DNA of 64,000 nt, taken from positions 33,542,001-33,606,000 of the forward strand of contig OZ296648.1 of the NCBI GenBank assembly GCA_965655095.1, written 5' to 3'. The translations under genes and the position numbers were made by a program. Source of the stretch: Haplodiscus bocki. Taxonomy: Eukaryota. The notes beneath the pieces are model-generated. The model made no database searches and was not told the DNA's origin. It saw nothing but the letters and a program-made list of their open reading frames with translations. This document shows positions 23,861-37,710 of the stretch, in pieces; within the stretch, counting starts at the first letter, position 1; each line of letters begins with the position of its first letter.

Positions 23861-24470
23861 ATCACATGAACTCCAGACAAACTCTGTAGAGTCGAAGTGG
23901 TCTGTTCTCTGAAAAAACGGTTATAGTCGGCATCTTTATATCATAAAGCACCGACTAAAAACACCAAAGGGTCCCCGATGAAGTTTTTTGGCCCTCGAAG
24001 TCATTTTTTTCTCGACAGAAATTGTAATGCCCCCTTGGCTGTACCAAGAATCTTCAAAAATCACAATTTTCAGAACAATTTCCGACTAACCTCTTTTTCT
24101 CTGAAAAAAAGTTTTTTTTCAAAACATCAGAGGCTCGCCCTTAAAGTATACTAAGTCCTAAGGGCGGCGCCGTTCCGAATGGTTCTCATTTTTTCATACG
24201 GGGGCAGTTTTTCCCAAATTGTCCTCGAATTTCTCCCAACCTCAAACCTGTGTGAACCCTAACTGGAAGGCATCCAAAATCACAATAATTTTATTTGCTT
24301 GAAAATCTTTGCTTCATTTTAAAATTCAATTTGATATATCTCTGGTTTAATTTTTTGGAAACATTTATCATAGCTTCTGTGAAATCTGATTTTATTTTTT
24401 TATCGACGGAAGTTTTCAATTGCGTTTCCTGAAAAGTATCTACAACCGATGTAAAATCAACGTAACTTAC

Positions 24471-24793
24471 ATAATATGCATTGGGGTCTAACGGAGAGCT
24501 GCACATTGCACAGATGAAGCATTCTGAATGTATCCAAGTCCCAGGCTCTATCTTCAGGACATCTCCACCCTTGATATTATCCTCACAGACATTGCACATT
24601 AATTTATGGCCAGCTTTGACGTCAGAATGGTAGCCTGGCTTTCCATGTTCATTGGTTTGTTCTCCCAAAAATGAACTTGAAGTTTTGATTTTCTGAGGCT
24701 CAGCGAAGTCATCTGAAGTGTTGAAGTCGTGGCCGGTCACCTTATCACCCTTAGTAGTTTTTTTGACCATCCAATCTTTGCATGGCACTGAGT
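24471..24793 (-). CDS. ABLIM: abLIM exon 2 (most of LIM1)
   Basis: Acceptor tttcag|; encodes CNVC-x-HSECFICAMC; donor TAT|GTAAGT, phase 0. Confidence 0.9.
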
Positions 24794-25226
24794 CTGAAAC
24801 AGAAAAGGTATGAAAATTTGACAAAGTGTCACGCTTTCATCAGATTGTTGTTGGACTCCAGCATTTTTTCAAAGAGAGCTGTAATTTCTCCCGAACGTAA
24901 GTTATGTAAGCCACTCTGAAAAGCTTCATCTTACTAAATAAATCAGGTGAGATATGTCGAGTGATTTTATTAGATTCAATTTTTGTATAAGAGTTACCTA
25001 ATTTTAGAGAAGGTTATTTTAGTCCAAGGTGAAGGAAGAAAAAGCAGTATATTGACAGTCCATAAAGGCCTAACTACACGAGTAGCTCGTGTTAATCCTA
25101 TATTTCAGGAATTTTTTGTTTGAATGTTGCCTATTGTCTTGCGCAATCAAAAAGATCAGGCTAGTTTATGCAATTTCCCATGCTCTCATGAAATTCTCAC
25201 TGGTAGGGGGCCGGGGCTATTCTTAC

Positions 25227-25743
25227 CCGAATCTTTGTCGAATGACTCATCGTGATTGTCGACAGTGCGTCCATTAGTCATATCGTGGAACTCTTCGTTG
25301 GACCTTTTGATGTCTTCGTCTGTAGCAGACACACCCTGGGAGACTTTGTTTGTATTCTGGCTTCCAAAACCGCCAGACTTGGACCAAAATTTCCTGCGGA
25401 TTCTAATAGAACCATTGTTGTTATTTTTAACTTGATTGCCTGTATTGCCATCCTGACTTTTGGCTCTCTTGCTTCGACTCCATCTACCGGGAGTGGCGCC
25501 TCCTCCATTGTTTAATGACTCAACTGTTTTCATTTCCTTTTCCAGCCTTTTGTGGGATACGTTGCGGCACGCACCGCCATTACCATTGCCATTCATGGTT
25601 CTGTTAGCGGGGTTGACAATGTCCTTGGTTTTTCTTTCAGTGCTCAGAGATCGACTTAGACGTCTGAGGATGTTGGGCATGACGTCACGGAAGAGCTGTT
25701 TGCCCGTCTTTAATTCCTGAAATGATTCAAACAATTGCATCAT
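25227..25743 (-). CDS. ABLIM: abLIM/UNC-115-like gene, coding exon 1 (low-complexity N-terminal extension)
   Basis: ATG at 25743. Donor G|GTAAGA after 25227 is phase 1 and matches the phase-1 acceptor of the next exon (…KDS-D-SVPC). 517 nt. Confidence 0.65.
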
Positions 25744-27766
25744 TTCTTGTTAACTGTCTAAGTTGACCGTGGTTTACTTATTTGGAATGTCACGGGAATA
25801 TCCCACTGAAGTTAAACTCATTTGGGGATTGCACTTTCTCTTTGTGTTAACTCAAATGTTCTTGTACTGTCTAATAGCAGCGTCTAGTAACGTTTGAAGT
25901 ATAAAGGATAATCATGGCTCTTGGAATTTTGAATGAAATGATAACTATAACAAAACTGATTGAAAGTAGGTTGATACCCATAAAAAGCTCCAAGCTATTC
26001 GTTTTACAGTGTTCACCAAAGACAAATTTTAGGAACGATTATACTTATAAAGTCACTTTTTATACCCTGATTTCACTGCATAGAATGCAATTATTTGAGA
26101 ACTTTTGACTGCTGTAAGCTTGTAAACTTTTGATTCCCGTGACTGCAACAAAATGGGATAATATATTCTGAATCTTAAGCAATTTCGCTAGTTTTCTTTT
26201 TTCGTTAATGCTTTTTCAAATTGAGTTGTGGACTTCTTTCATCGGGCAAAAACCTAAAAATCACGCTTTTGACATGCTGCGAATTCTTATTTTATAACGC
26301 ATGTTCTGTGTGTCGTCTCGTATCTATACGCGTTCGCGACATCGGGCAGAATTTGCAAGGTTCCCAGCTGAATTGAAGTTCCGTCCTTGATTCATTCTCA
26401 ATTCATGAAAAGAAAGTAACAATCAATATTAGAAGTTCGCCTGGAATGAAAACTACTTCCCCAGGTATTTCCAACCTAATTGACTTGCTATTACTGAATC
26501 TTGAAAGAATTGTCAGCCAGAATTCAACATCATTGTTTCTTTCGTCCTGATAAGATTACGCCTCGCGGAATTTAGGTTTTGGTAAAATGTAACAATTACA
26601 TGCATGCTGGTAATTTGTTGCTGTATGTTTTTGAATAGTCGTCCGAAATACATTTTGGGTTTCTTCTGAGTCTTGAAATGCTGTAGGGATCTTTTCTGTT
26701 AACTCCCTACTCCTCCCTCTCCTCTATTTTTATATATACCCTCTATTTTTATAACCCTACCTAAATTTAGTCCTTGTGGTTATAATTTAATAACCAATTA
26801 TGTTTATTTATAAGCAGTATCTTAATTTTAGAGTCATTCCTGAGACCTTGAGATGACTTTCTGTCTACTGGATAAGCTAACCGTCTTTCTTGATGGATAT
26901 GAAAAACAATGTATTTTTTAGAAGCTTTTCGATCATCCTCAGTATCAAAATTGCATAACATCTGTAACTCAAAGAGTGAGTCCATTACAACAGACAATCA
27001 TCTTTCGACAATTTTTCGAAATTTTTATTTAAATTGAGGAAGTTTTTTCATTTGCAGCTTCTGTCTTAACTAGTTTCAATCTGAGCTGTAATGAGTTCAT
27101 GTGGCTTGGAATAAGTTACTTTAGGTTATTAAGTCCTGGAATTCAAAAGGGATGAAACATCATGCCCTGAAAACAGACGTCAGCGCAAGTTTGTTTCATT
27201 TGAGTTGCATGATAAAAAGGATTGAATGATCACGAAAAGCATTGGAAGCCAGAATGATTGATCGCTTGTGTCGATGGGGCTACGGATCCCCTGATCGAAT
27301 TATTGAAACATGACTCCTTGACCTTAAATTTCCTGGCATTATTGTTCACAACTCAAAGTAAAAATGAAATCCCTAAAAATTGGCGTTTTGGTTAATGTGA
27401 CGAATGTATGGTCAAAATCTTTTACTTTCACAACATTGCAGTAATCCCAGAATTATTTGTTCAAAAACTGTTTGGGTTCAGAATTACAGGTCATGAAAAA
27501 AAAACTACCTGGGTGGTATTGAAGACTTCTGAAAACCTCGTGGATTCGAGAAAAAGAAGAATCCATTTCTCTGAAGTCAATGTTATAAAAATTGTTGCTT
27601 TAATTTATGGCAAAGTTCACCTTGGGAAGCTACTACTTGTCCTCAAAAAGTTGCTAGTCATTCAATTGAACTTACGTTGGGTGATAGAACACAGTTTTGA
27701 AGTTCTTGCCCAGGATGCAATTTTACTTCAACAACAAATGTGCCAAAAACTTTCGAGAAGTCTTAC

Positions 27767-27793
27767 CTTGAATCGGAACATTCTGGTTGTTGG
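27767..27793 (-). other. Candidate 27-nt upstream microexon of abLIM
   Basis: Acceptor tatttcttcatctttag| and donor AAG|GTAAGA. A further strong donor CAG|GTGAGT lies at 30431 and an acceptor ttcag| at 25806. Splice-signal inference only. Confidence 0.3.
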
Positions 27794-30233
27794 CTAAAGA
27801 TGAAGAAATAAAATGTTCAATTAAAAGTCTTTAATGAAGGGCGACCAGTTGTTGTTCTAATCTGTGGTACGTTATGACAGATAATCAAAATCAAATTGAT
27901 AAAAATTTATGTTTTAGCGACGTAAGAAATGTAAGAGTAATTGCTTTTTGTCGTTTCAAAGTGCAAACACCACGGGGCACAATATAAGAACATTTTACGA
28001 ATACCATTGCTAAATTTGACTGTGTATTATATGAAAAATATCAAAAGCATGTGAATAGTAATTTTGTTGTATGAAAGATCTCTGACCGATTTTCACTTTG
28101 CGAATGAATTGTTGCGGTCTAAATGCTGCGTTTTATGAATTGATTGGTAATATTCAAAATGGAATTGCTGCTGCAAAATTCAGGAGACGATTTTACACCT
28201 TCTGAGGGTAGGTGAATAAGGTTCCAATGGTGGGTCCGCAGTTAAACTGGGAACAACTAATATAGGTAAGGAGTATTATAAAAGAAATGTTGGAAAACCC
28301 AAGAAACCATAAACGCACCAATACAACTTTGCCTTCAGTGGTACTAATGGCGTAAGGAGTGTTTTATAAGGAAAGTAAGAAAGGTATGAAAGGGAATTTC
28401 AGCAGCAAATGACTACGTCAAACAGTTGTCGGGAATATTTCCTGTTAAATTTAATTCACAGTCTGCAGTTATTGTTACGTAGCAAAGATCAAGGAGTTTT
28501 GTGTGTTATTTACTCGGGCATTTAAAGTTTGGTCCAATTTATGCTCCTTTCCCTGGTTAGCCTCTGAGGAGTAGCAAACTAAATATAATGTACGGTCAAA
28601 ATTAGTTGCTGTTTTGATTTTTTTCTACCTATTTTGCGTCTAAGAAGGGGTAATAATGATGGTAAAATGTAGTGTCACGTGACGTGCTTATTGTGTTGTG
28701 CTTTTCCCGTTTATAAGCTGTGAGGAACTAAAAGGTCGATTGATTGTTCACGTAAGTGGTGCGCAGATCCATTTGCTGGAAAACGAGGAAATTTGTGATG
28801 GTCTCATTTAGAAAAGCGACGGATGGTTTAATAATTGAACGGAATAATACAATGACGCTACACAAACCTCTTGACATGCTTACTCTTGGGGTAACGGTCA
28901 TCTATTCAATGAAATGAAATTTCCTCAAGAAACAAGAGAGATTTTCTGGTTAAGAAGTTGAATGAATAGTGGCAAAAGTGAAAGCTTGTCGTATTTTTGT
29001 GTACCCGTCAAAATTTTTCGTTCTGCTTTTTGAATAACGTGCAGCTTAGATTTCCACATCTCGTTCCCGCCTCCTTTCCTGCTTTTGGGGAAATCCACGA
29101 CGTATCAATTATTTTTGATGGCCTTTCCTTTCTCAGGGCAATTTAGGTTATCTACCTGAGGAGAAGGAATACAATGCCATTTCAGGTGAACGTAATTAGA
29201 TATCTGTGTATGTCACAATTTTTATTTTACTCTTGACTTTTACGACCCAATTCAAATTTATCACACGTCACTTGACTCGTTTGTAGAAAATTGAGGGAAT
29301 AAAAAAATCATTCATAAAAAAGACCAAAAATTCTTTCGTTGTTTTATATTAAATGCGAAACAGAGGGGAGTCTTTGTCTTTTCTCCTCTTTTCAGTTTTA
29401 GTTGCGGAAGACGATTTTGAAATTTCTGAATTTCATAGATTTCTGGGTTTCAAGCTTCAGACAACTGTTGTGTCCGATTACTATTTAATCTACAAAAAAT
29501 AATGATTATATGTCTTAATGACGAAATTATCTATGATTCATGGCAGACTATGATTTATTGCCTATTTTATAACAGAAGTAAAACATTGCCTTCTCAATTT
29601 TAAAGTTATACAAAAGGTATAGATGAAGCAGTTATCTCTGGTCGACGTTTGAAAGGCTTCATTTTGACACAGCTCCTCGAATGGTATCAAGCAAAGTTCT
29701 GTGTCGTATTTGTTCAAGCTGTTGGTCGTAATCCAGGATAGTACGCGCTGTAGCTTCAAATACAGTATTCCATTTACGCAACCAAGTATCTAGGATGTGT
29801 ATGAGTTCAAAAACGACATTGCACTATTTATTGAAGGCATCTGAGACCTAAATGTTTAAATGTTATTAAAAAATCAACAGACTGGTTCAATAGTGATGCC
29901 ATTGAAACTGAAGCTAGTCACTGTAACGGAATTATAGAATATCCATTTTGTTCAACATTCAAGACTCAACGTTATTAGGAACATCAAAGGAAAGCGGATC
30001 CGAACATCTTGCTGGCTTGACTACCGTATGGTTTTTCTTTTCAACGCTCAGTTTCAGTTCGTTTGGGATATTAATTTTGGACTGCACGGCGGCTTTGGCA
30101 TCAAATTTTGATGTGCTTTCGTTACATATCATGAATTGAAGCAAAATTGGAATCCAGCAGCGTTTTGCAGATTACGTACTAAATGACATAAACCACTAAT
30201 CATAAAATTGGAAATAGTCTCACTAAACATGAA

Positions 30234-30358
30234 GGATCTTTTCTGTTAAATCCCCCCCCCGCACCATAATGGATATCTTCTGCGTGGGTGGGGGGGGGGG
30301 GTAGTTAAAATTTTCGTTGCTACTGGTGGGGGGGGGGGGGAGTTGACAGAAAACATCC
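30234..30358. mobile_element. 125-bp MITE with G/C tracts, hAT-like
   Basis: TIRs ggatcttttctgttaa / ttgacagaaaacatcc (14/16 match). Flanking 8-mers aacatgaa / aacataaa (7/8 TSD). The same terminus recurs at 26687 and 31496-31512. Confidence 0.7.
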
Positions 30359-30802
30359 AACATAAATTTTAATCACTTTTTTCAATAAAAGCAAGCCGGA
30401 AAAATAGTTTTGATGGTTCGTCAGTACTCACCTGGCACGAATAGTAACACGTTGTTGCTGGCAACACTTACGGTGACTCAGTGACTTAGAACAATTTGGC
30501 TGTACGTAATTCTACTTTTGTGTTTAGTGAGACTTCTCAATTTTATGTTTAGTGGTCTTATGTCATTTTGGAATCCACCGTTTCGCGTCTGCTTTAGTTA
30601 CACCAAATGAAGGTGTCATTGATGTTTATTCAATGCGGTCAGTCTTCGCGAAAGACGTTTGAATCTATCTGAGAAAAGTGTTTTCCGGATCTTTTCAGTT
30701 GACTCCCGTGCCTCTCCCACTGATTTAACCACAACCACCCCCACATTAAACACTATAATGGATATGCGAAATAATAAACGGGTTAAGAGCCAATCAGGGA
30801 AG

Positions 30803-31450
30803 NNNNNNNNNNNNNNNNNNNNNNNNNNNNNNNNNNNNNNNNNNNNNNNNNNNNNNNNNNNNNNNNNNNNNNNNNNNNNNNNNNNNNNNNNNNNNNNNNN
30901 NNNNNNNNNNNNNNNNNNNNNNNNNNNNNNNNNNNNNNNNNNNNNNNNNNNNNNNNNNNNNNNNNNNNNNNNNNNNNNNNNNNNNNNNNNNNNNNNNNNN
31001 NNNNNNNNNNNNNNNNNNNNNNNNNNNNNNNNNNNNNNNNNNNNNNNNNNNNNNNNNNNNNNNNNNNNNNNNNNNNNNNNNNNNNNNNNNNNNNNNNNNN
31101 NNNNNNNNNNNNNNNNNNNNNNNNNNNNNNNNNNNNNNNNNNNNNNNNNNNNNNNNNNNNNNNNNNNNNNNNNNNNNNNNNNNNNNNNNNNNNNNNNNNN
31201 NNNNNNNNNNNNNNNNNNNNNNNNNNNNNNNNNNNNNNNNNNNNNNNNNNNNNNNNNNNNNNNNNNNNNNNNNNNNNNNNNNNNNNNNNNNNNNNNNNNN
31301 NNNNNNNNNNNNNNNNNNNNNNNNNNNNNNNNNNNNNNNNNNNNNNNNNNNNNNNNNNNNNNNNNNNNNNNNNNNNNNNNNNNNNNNNNNNNNNNNNNNN
31401 NNNNNNNNNNNNNNNNNNNNNNNNNNNNNNNNNNNNNNNNNNNNNNNNNN
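30803..31450. other. Assembly gap (648 N)
   Basis: Run of N. Confidence 1.
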
Positions 31451-33209
31451 TTAAAATTCTCCCCCACAAGAAGTTACGAGAAGGGGGGAAAAGGGGTTAA
31501 CAGAAAAGATCCGTTTTCAGTCGTCTAAATTCGTCTGTATAAATGCCTCGAACATCTGTTCAAAGTGCCAGTATTTGTTGGTCAAAATTACGGAACACTG
31601 GTACTATTTGAACAAGTGAACTCTTTGCAAAATATGTGGGACGTTGATAGATGCATGAATCATGAATCAGTCCGTTTGATTGATTGATGGTCATGATGTA
31701 TTAGCTCATAAAATATTCAACGAGTGCTTGGTTTCTATCGGAAAACTGGTTGTTCCATTCTTGGGGTTGGAATTTTAGTTGAGATTCATGAGAGGACATG
31801 TTGCTCCATTTTGGGCTACTACCTTAGAAAATATTTCATTTTTTCCAGTTTGTCTCTGCTAATTCCGTGATTGTCAAGTAACAGCTACTGTTTCTGCCTC
31901 TGAAGGTATTCATTAAGATTGATTCAGTTCACGTGACGGCGTTGTATTAGAACGAAACCCCACTCTGCACTGGATGTTCCTATCAATAGCTGACAGACGT
32001 CTGTGCAGTTTATTAAAGGAAATGTCCTGTTTTCTAGACGCAAAATTCAGTGCAAAAACATCACTTCAAAAACACATTGGAATTATTTTTGGAACGAGTT
32101 GAAAAAAGTTATTTTAACAGAATGATGGGACTTAGTTTGTTCTTTATGCGAATCCAAAGTAGGGCGTCTCTGGAACCTTTTTCTATCGCCAAACTTATGA
32201 TTGTAACCTGAAGGTTCAAACTCAAAGTTATGGTTGCAAATTAAAAACGTAAAAGATTTTCTTTGGTGATTTTGTGATTAACGCGCAAACTAAACAGAAG
32301 AAACAGACACAATCTCGACATTACCAAAATTTTAATTTATCATACAACTCCAAAAATGCAGACACTTTGTAGCATTTGATTGAAGATGTGATTGACAGTT
32401 CTACATCACGAGAGCAGCTGTCAATCGAACGTTTGTTCAGTCATGTGATTTAGACAAGTGTCAGTCAGAATGGGAATCATGCAGTTTTAGTTCTCGTTCT
32501 CAGTCCAGTAGTTGAAAAAGCCGAAAAAAGCTCAAAGTTGGGGCTTCCCGTAAACCAAAAAAATGTTTATCGCCATTTTTTGTCGGAAAGGTTTGGTTCT
32601 TAGTTCCGAAAAATTCGCGGAGGTATTAGACCAATTGGTGTTTTGGTCTGCAAAATAGTCATTTGCTACACAGAGCCGAAGAAATTCATAGATGGACCCT
32701 TTGAATCGTCTTGGCACTACCTAGCATGATATATATGTTCTCTTTTGTACTTAAAGAGAAGTTTTCGAAATCTACCTGAATTGCAGTAGAACAAACAAGC
32801 TCGTCAACGTCTCAATCAAATCCAGACAGTTAGGATGTGATCTTAAACCGAGTTACCTGGCTTTTTCTTTGAAAGCTCCAATATCAAACTTAACCGCATT
32901 ATAGAACGCGAAAAGTTACCTCCCGACTATCTCGAAAATAAGTTTTTGAACGTTTAGGTCAAACAAACGGCTTTCAGATATAGTCAAAAATTGTTAATTT
33001 TGAACGAGAAAAAAATTCAAAACAAAGTGCAATTTGATTTCAGCATGTTCATTGTACCACCTCGCGTGCGTTTTCTTATGAGTGCTTTTTCTTTTGGTTT
33101 TCGTGTTTCTAGTTTGGCGCAGATTCTTCTCAGATTTTCAAGTTTAGAAGATACTAAGAGTTACAGAATGATTTTTTGATATGTCAGCCATTTCAAGACT
33201 TGTAACAGC

Positions 33210-33560
33210 GTCGAAGCGAACTTCGCAACACATTCTGACTTGTCAGTTGAGATCAAGGACCCGAGAGACATTTGAAACCACGATCCGAGACATAATTGAA
33301 ATACTACACCAGCTGTCAATCAAACCTTTTTCGAAAAAGTCAAACTTTTGCCATTGAGACAAGTACCTGCCACAGTGTTTCATACTCGAACATCTCATGT
33401 ATCAATCATGTCTTCATAGGTTACCCCATTTTACAGCCCTATTCTCAAGAAAATAACCTTATAGGACGCCGTTGTTCATTTTATCAGGCCAGTGTTGAAG
33501 AAAACGCACGTTTTAAAACGCAAAAACAACTTCTGCCGAATGTCTCGAAAGTATCCTTTT
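33210..33560 (+). repeat. Dispersed repeat family A, copy 3
   Basis: aacttcgcaacacattctgacttgtcagttgagatc...gagacatttgaaaccacgatccgag. Confidence 0.8.
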
Positions 33561-33962
33561 TGATCGTTTTCACTAGACCACTAAACTCTCTGATAATGCC
33601 AAAAAACGAGTTGCGGACAGGATAAAAAGACTATTATGCATGAGCCGGTCGCCAATACACAATCTTTTCAGTCAGAATTTGTAAAAACAACTGAAAGTGC
33701 AAAAGTTTTTGAACACTTTTACAATTTTTGTCATTTAATGTAGTTGAAAATAAATAGCTTCTCTTTTCAATTTAGCAACAGGCCAATGCAATTCTTCACT
33801 AGCTGAGTTGTTTAATCAAGCCGCATCATAGTCGCGTTTTTCGGCGTTTTTTTGTTGCATGGGTAAATAAGCCGGACTATAGAGTAGGATTCAAAACATC
33901 TGGCTACATGAAACGAACAACGCAACGAAGAAGTTAGTTTCATTGAGAAAATAAGCGTTGTT

Positions 33963-34193
33963 TTAGACCGGGGCTTTCCTTCGGTCGTCATTTATGGTTT
34001 GTATGTTATTCTTAATTGTTACAGGTCTACTGCGTAGAGCGAAACCGATTTTGTTCTCTAACAAACGAATGAATGCTGTCGGGTCTTCACTTGAGTCAAT
34101 CCCGTTAAATATCTCTAACGCTAAGTCTGGATGCTCAATAGTATTCGCCATTTTCTTTTTTTTAAAGTTTAGTTGCTCCAATTTTGTGCTCAA
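33963..34193 (-). mobile_element. Decayed Gypsy gag-like fragment
   Basis: LEIFNGIDSSEDPTAFIRLLENKIGFALRSRP resembles the FxGxxxEDxxxFxxxxE start of a retrotransposon capsid. Confidence 0.45.
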
Positions 34194-35494
34194 TTTGCGC
34201 TTGTTTCATTTCAATTTGGTTTTCAAGTTGCTTCAATTTGAATTTTCTCCTTTGCTTTTATTAGGAGGCAGTTTTGTGTGCTCTTTTTTGGCTCCTTTAC
34301 CGGACAGCTTTGCGTATTGGAGTTTCTTTGATCCTCTGCACTTCAAATTTCTAATGTTGGAGTGTCTTTGCTCCTTGGCAATCAGTTTCAGAAGCAATAA
34401 ATTTGGACGGTTCTGCTTTATTGGGCCTTAACACGGAATATATCTAAGGGAGCAGGCGAGCGTATCTTGCGAAAACTTCGCTGGGTTTGTGTAATTTAAG
34501 GATGACTTTTGTGTCAGAATAAAATGCTTCCACTGAATCCGCACACGCTAATAACGAAGCTAGCGTCAGTAGAAACTGTTTAGACCCAGTACCAAAACTT
34601 GGAAATTTTTGTGAAATATCTGCTTTGTTTCAATTTAAGATGGAACCCACTCGGGGAAATAGAATAAATTATAGTACGCTCGGTGTTTTGGTCATAAAAA
34701 ATGCGCATTGGAAATCTTTCTTTGCTCCGGTTGCACCAGATTGGGTAAAACGGGGGTTTTGATTTTATTGACCCACTGTTTCACTCGAATAAGTCTCAAA
34801 AATTGTTACAAAACGGAGTTAAGTTGAACAGAATTGTTTTATAAATCAGCATATTTTTCTAACTCTTGGGCGATTTCAGACTCACTTATTTTGAACTAAA
34901 ATTCAGGACTCTGTCCAGTGAACTCATTGAAGGACTTTTCAACGAAAAAAGTGAGGAAAAGGGAAAGGACTATTGCCTGCTAGTATTCCGCGTAGGAGAA
35001 GTGATAGCTTTTTTGGCTTCCCAGCTCAGGACATTTTTTTGGTAACGTGGCTTCTTCCTATTGACTGAGCTGTAGAGAAATTGCATTTTGCCTTTTTATG
35101 GGAGTGCGTTGCTATTCGCTCAGCAAATAAAATAGCTCAGATAAATCCAACTTGGATTTAATTTTCTCCTTTAGCAAATTGCGCTAGATAATATCCTTTT
35201 GGAAATGAACTCAAATAAATGGTTAGCGCATTGCTACGGCTAACCTCGGTTGACAGAAGACTGCATTAGTCGTAATAGTCGTCAAATAAGATAATATGAG
35301 TAACCGATGTTTCAATTTTTGAAGTGTTATAAAAATGATACAAGTCAATATTTAGCATTTAAGGAGAGGTTTCCGTAAAGCTAATATCAGATGAAAAGAA
35401 ACTCTTCGAAAATGAAAGGTTTACGTTTTATGAAAAGTTTTTAAATGGAAAGTTTGAATGTTTTCACTTTTCTTGAAGAGTGTCAATTATTTTG

Positions 35495-36100
35495 TCAAGG
35501 TGGTACATTCTTGGGGTCTACTGGCCATTGGAGATGGGTGCATTTTTCTTTCCAATTAGGGTCTTCATCAAAATTGTACGCAAAGGGGTAGTAGACTGTG
35601 GAGATCCGACTTTTGCATTTCCGCTTTGGATTTAAAGATGGATTTTTCGTTATACTGGTCCCAGTCCCCATGGTCAGCATGGGTTAGCAAAGCGTGCGAA
35701 CATTTCTCTAGTTTTTCATTTTGTTCTGCATCAACTGGTTGGATGAGTTGGATAGCTTCAGCTCTTTTCATGTCAACTTCCACTCTCTTGACTTGAAGTC
35801 GTTTATTAAGCTTTTCAATCTCGTTTTTGATCCTTTATTTGAGTGGTCTCTTTGTTCAAAAATTCTTGGAACCTTCTGGTGGCAATGTCGTAGGTATTTA
35901 ATTTCTCGTTTAGTAAGATATTGGTCTTGTTACCTTCACGCTTGGATTGAAGTGACTCCGCTTTGGTGGTCGCTTCATCGAGTTTATGCTTAATTTCCCT
36001 GTTTTCTTCAAACAAGTCAGAAGTGACCTTTTGAGAAATTTCCAATTTGGATTCAGCATGGTCAGCGTTAGCTTTTGCATTCGATCCAGAGCGATTTGCG
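35495..36100 (-). pseudogene. Frameshifted coiled-coil-rich ORF remnant upstream of the gag-like fragment
   Basis: Three consecutive minus-strand ORFs (35815-36045, 35568-35783, 35495-35680) with protein-like composition. Confidence 0.35.
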
Positions 36101-37710
36101 CATCTAAGCTAAACTTTCAGATTGTTCAGTTCTATCAACATACTTTTATTTTTTTGTTCGAATTCTGCTATAGAAAATCCTGTGTACCATAGCGATGCAT
36201 TTAATTGGGAGTCGGTAATATTATCTCAAGTTTCATTTTCAGTCTGCATGCCTCTTTAAGTTGTTCCAGTGGGTTTGGGTTGGCTCAAAATCGAGTGAGA
36301 ACTTGAGATGCTGAATTGCGTATCTGGCTGACTAGATGAGGTGCTTGGGAGATTTTGCGAAGAATGGGGACTGCTAAAAATTGGATTGGGATAGTCTGGG
36401 AAGGCATTGCAACAAAAAGGGCTCCAATTAGGTTATTGAGTTCGTGATTGTGAATAACATACTTTTTTCTTCATGAATCTGGTCTTTCAGCCTCTACTGG
36501 TTCAAATCTTTGGGTAAGTTCACCATAACGGTAGAACTAGATAGAATTTGCGGGTTTTACAATGGAAGAATTGAATCTTTTGTTGAAATTTTTTGTTTAT
36601 GCGCGGTGACGAAATATTTGAGACATATAAATGACGAATCAAATTGCTCTTACAAGTAGTTTCTCGGTTTTATGGGACCATTTTTTCTGACAAAAACTCA
36701 AGGCACTACTACTTCGGTACCGAAAGTTTTTGCAAACTGGTTTTCTTGAAAATTTCAAGGGTTTTGTAAAAAAAGTTCTTTAGTACTATGAGACGCGTTT
36801 CGGAGGTTGAAGCGTTTCGGAACTGCAATACTGATTTTTGAAAAAGCTTAAAGGGTTCCCTCGTGATTATAATGAGACTTTTGGACCACGCCAACTTTGT
36901 TAGTTCCCGTTTTGCAATTGCGACCCGAAATACCTTAATGGTTTTGGATTTTTCAAACCATCGAAAGGTTTCCGTGGTGCTGTTTATTAATTTTTCTCAA
37001 TTTGGAAGAAGCAATTTCTGAAATATTTCTTCTGACATTCAATCTGTTGGAACTTTCAGTCGATATCGGGACCAGCATCTTTCATCGTATATTGCTATAT
37101 TTTAATTTTGTATTTAGCAGTTGTGCACCTTTCTGTTGTCGAGTGTTTTTCATGAAACACCGAGTATCTTAACAGCTTGAGAAAATGATGTTTATGTAGG
37201 CCAGTAAAAATGCAAACAGCCCAAAAAGTGCTAACTTTTTCCTTCCAGACCAGAAAGTATGAAAGAACATTTTTTTTGGAATTTCTAAATTGTATTTCAA
37301 CATCGGATGAAATTGAGACAGAAAATGTTGGTACATACTTCAAACTCAAATTGGTGCATACCGCGAATTATAGACCCGATCGACCTGAAGATGCGTTCGA
37401 ATTCAAGCCTCGCAGAAAGTCTTGGAAAAAGTTAGAGGCCGCACACGGATTGAAGTCGCAACCAAGAGTTAGATTTTGAGAGAATTAGAATTCTTCCCCT
37501 CATGTTGAATTATCGCCATAAACTGCTAGAATTGAAATATTAAATAGCATTTAAGGTAATTAGTAGTTATCTTGACGTAATCAAAGCGGAGTAATTCATC
37601 AACCCGGTGGCTATTCGTCATGTCAAAAAATTTTCCATTCCCAAAGCGCTGGAAAATGCCGGACTATTATTCAAAGCGCCGAGAAATGATTAGTTAACCA
37701 TGAAGAATTG

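Noticed and set aside
25186-25226. Alternative abLIM exon-1 donor CCA|GTGAGA at 25200
   Set aside because: Phase 0 is incompatible with the phase-1 acceptor at 24793.
30616-31528. Long ORFs spanning N runs (also 40956-41262 and 43558-44442)
   Set aside because: Artefacts of assembly gaps.
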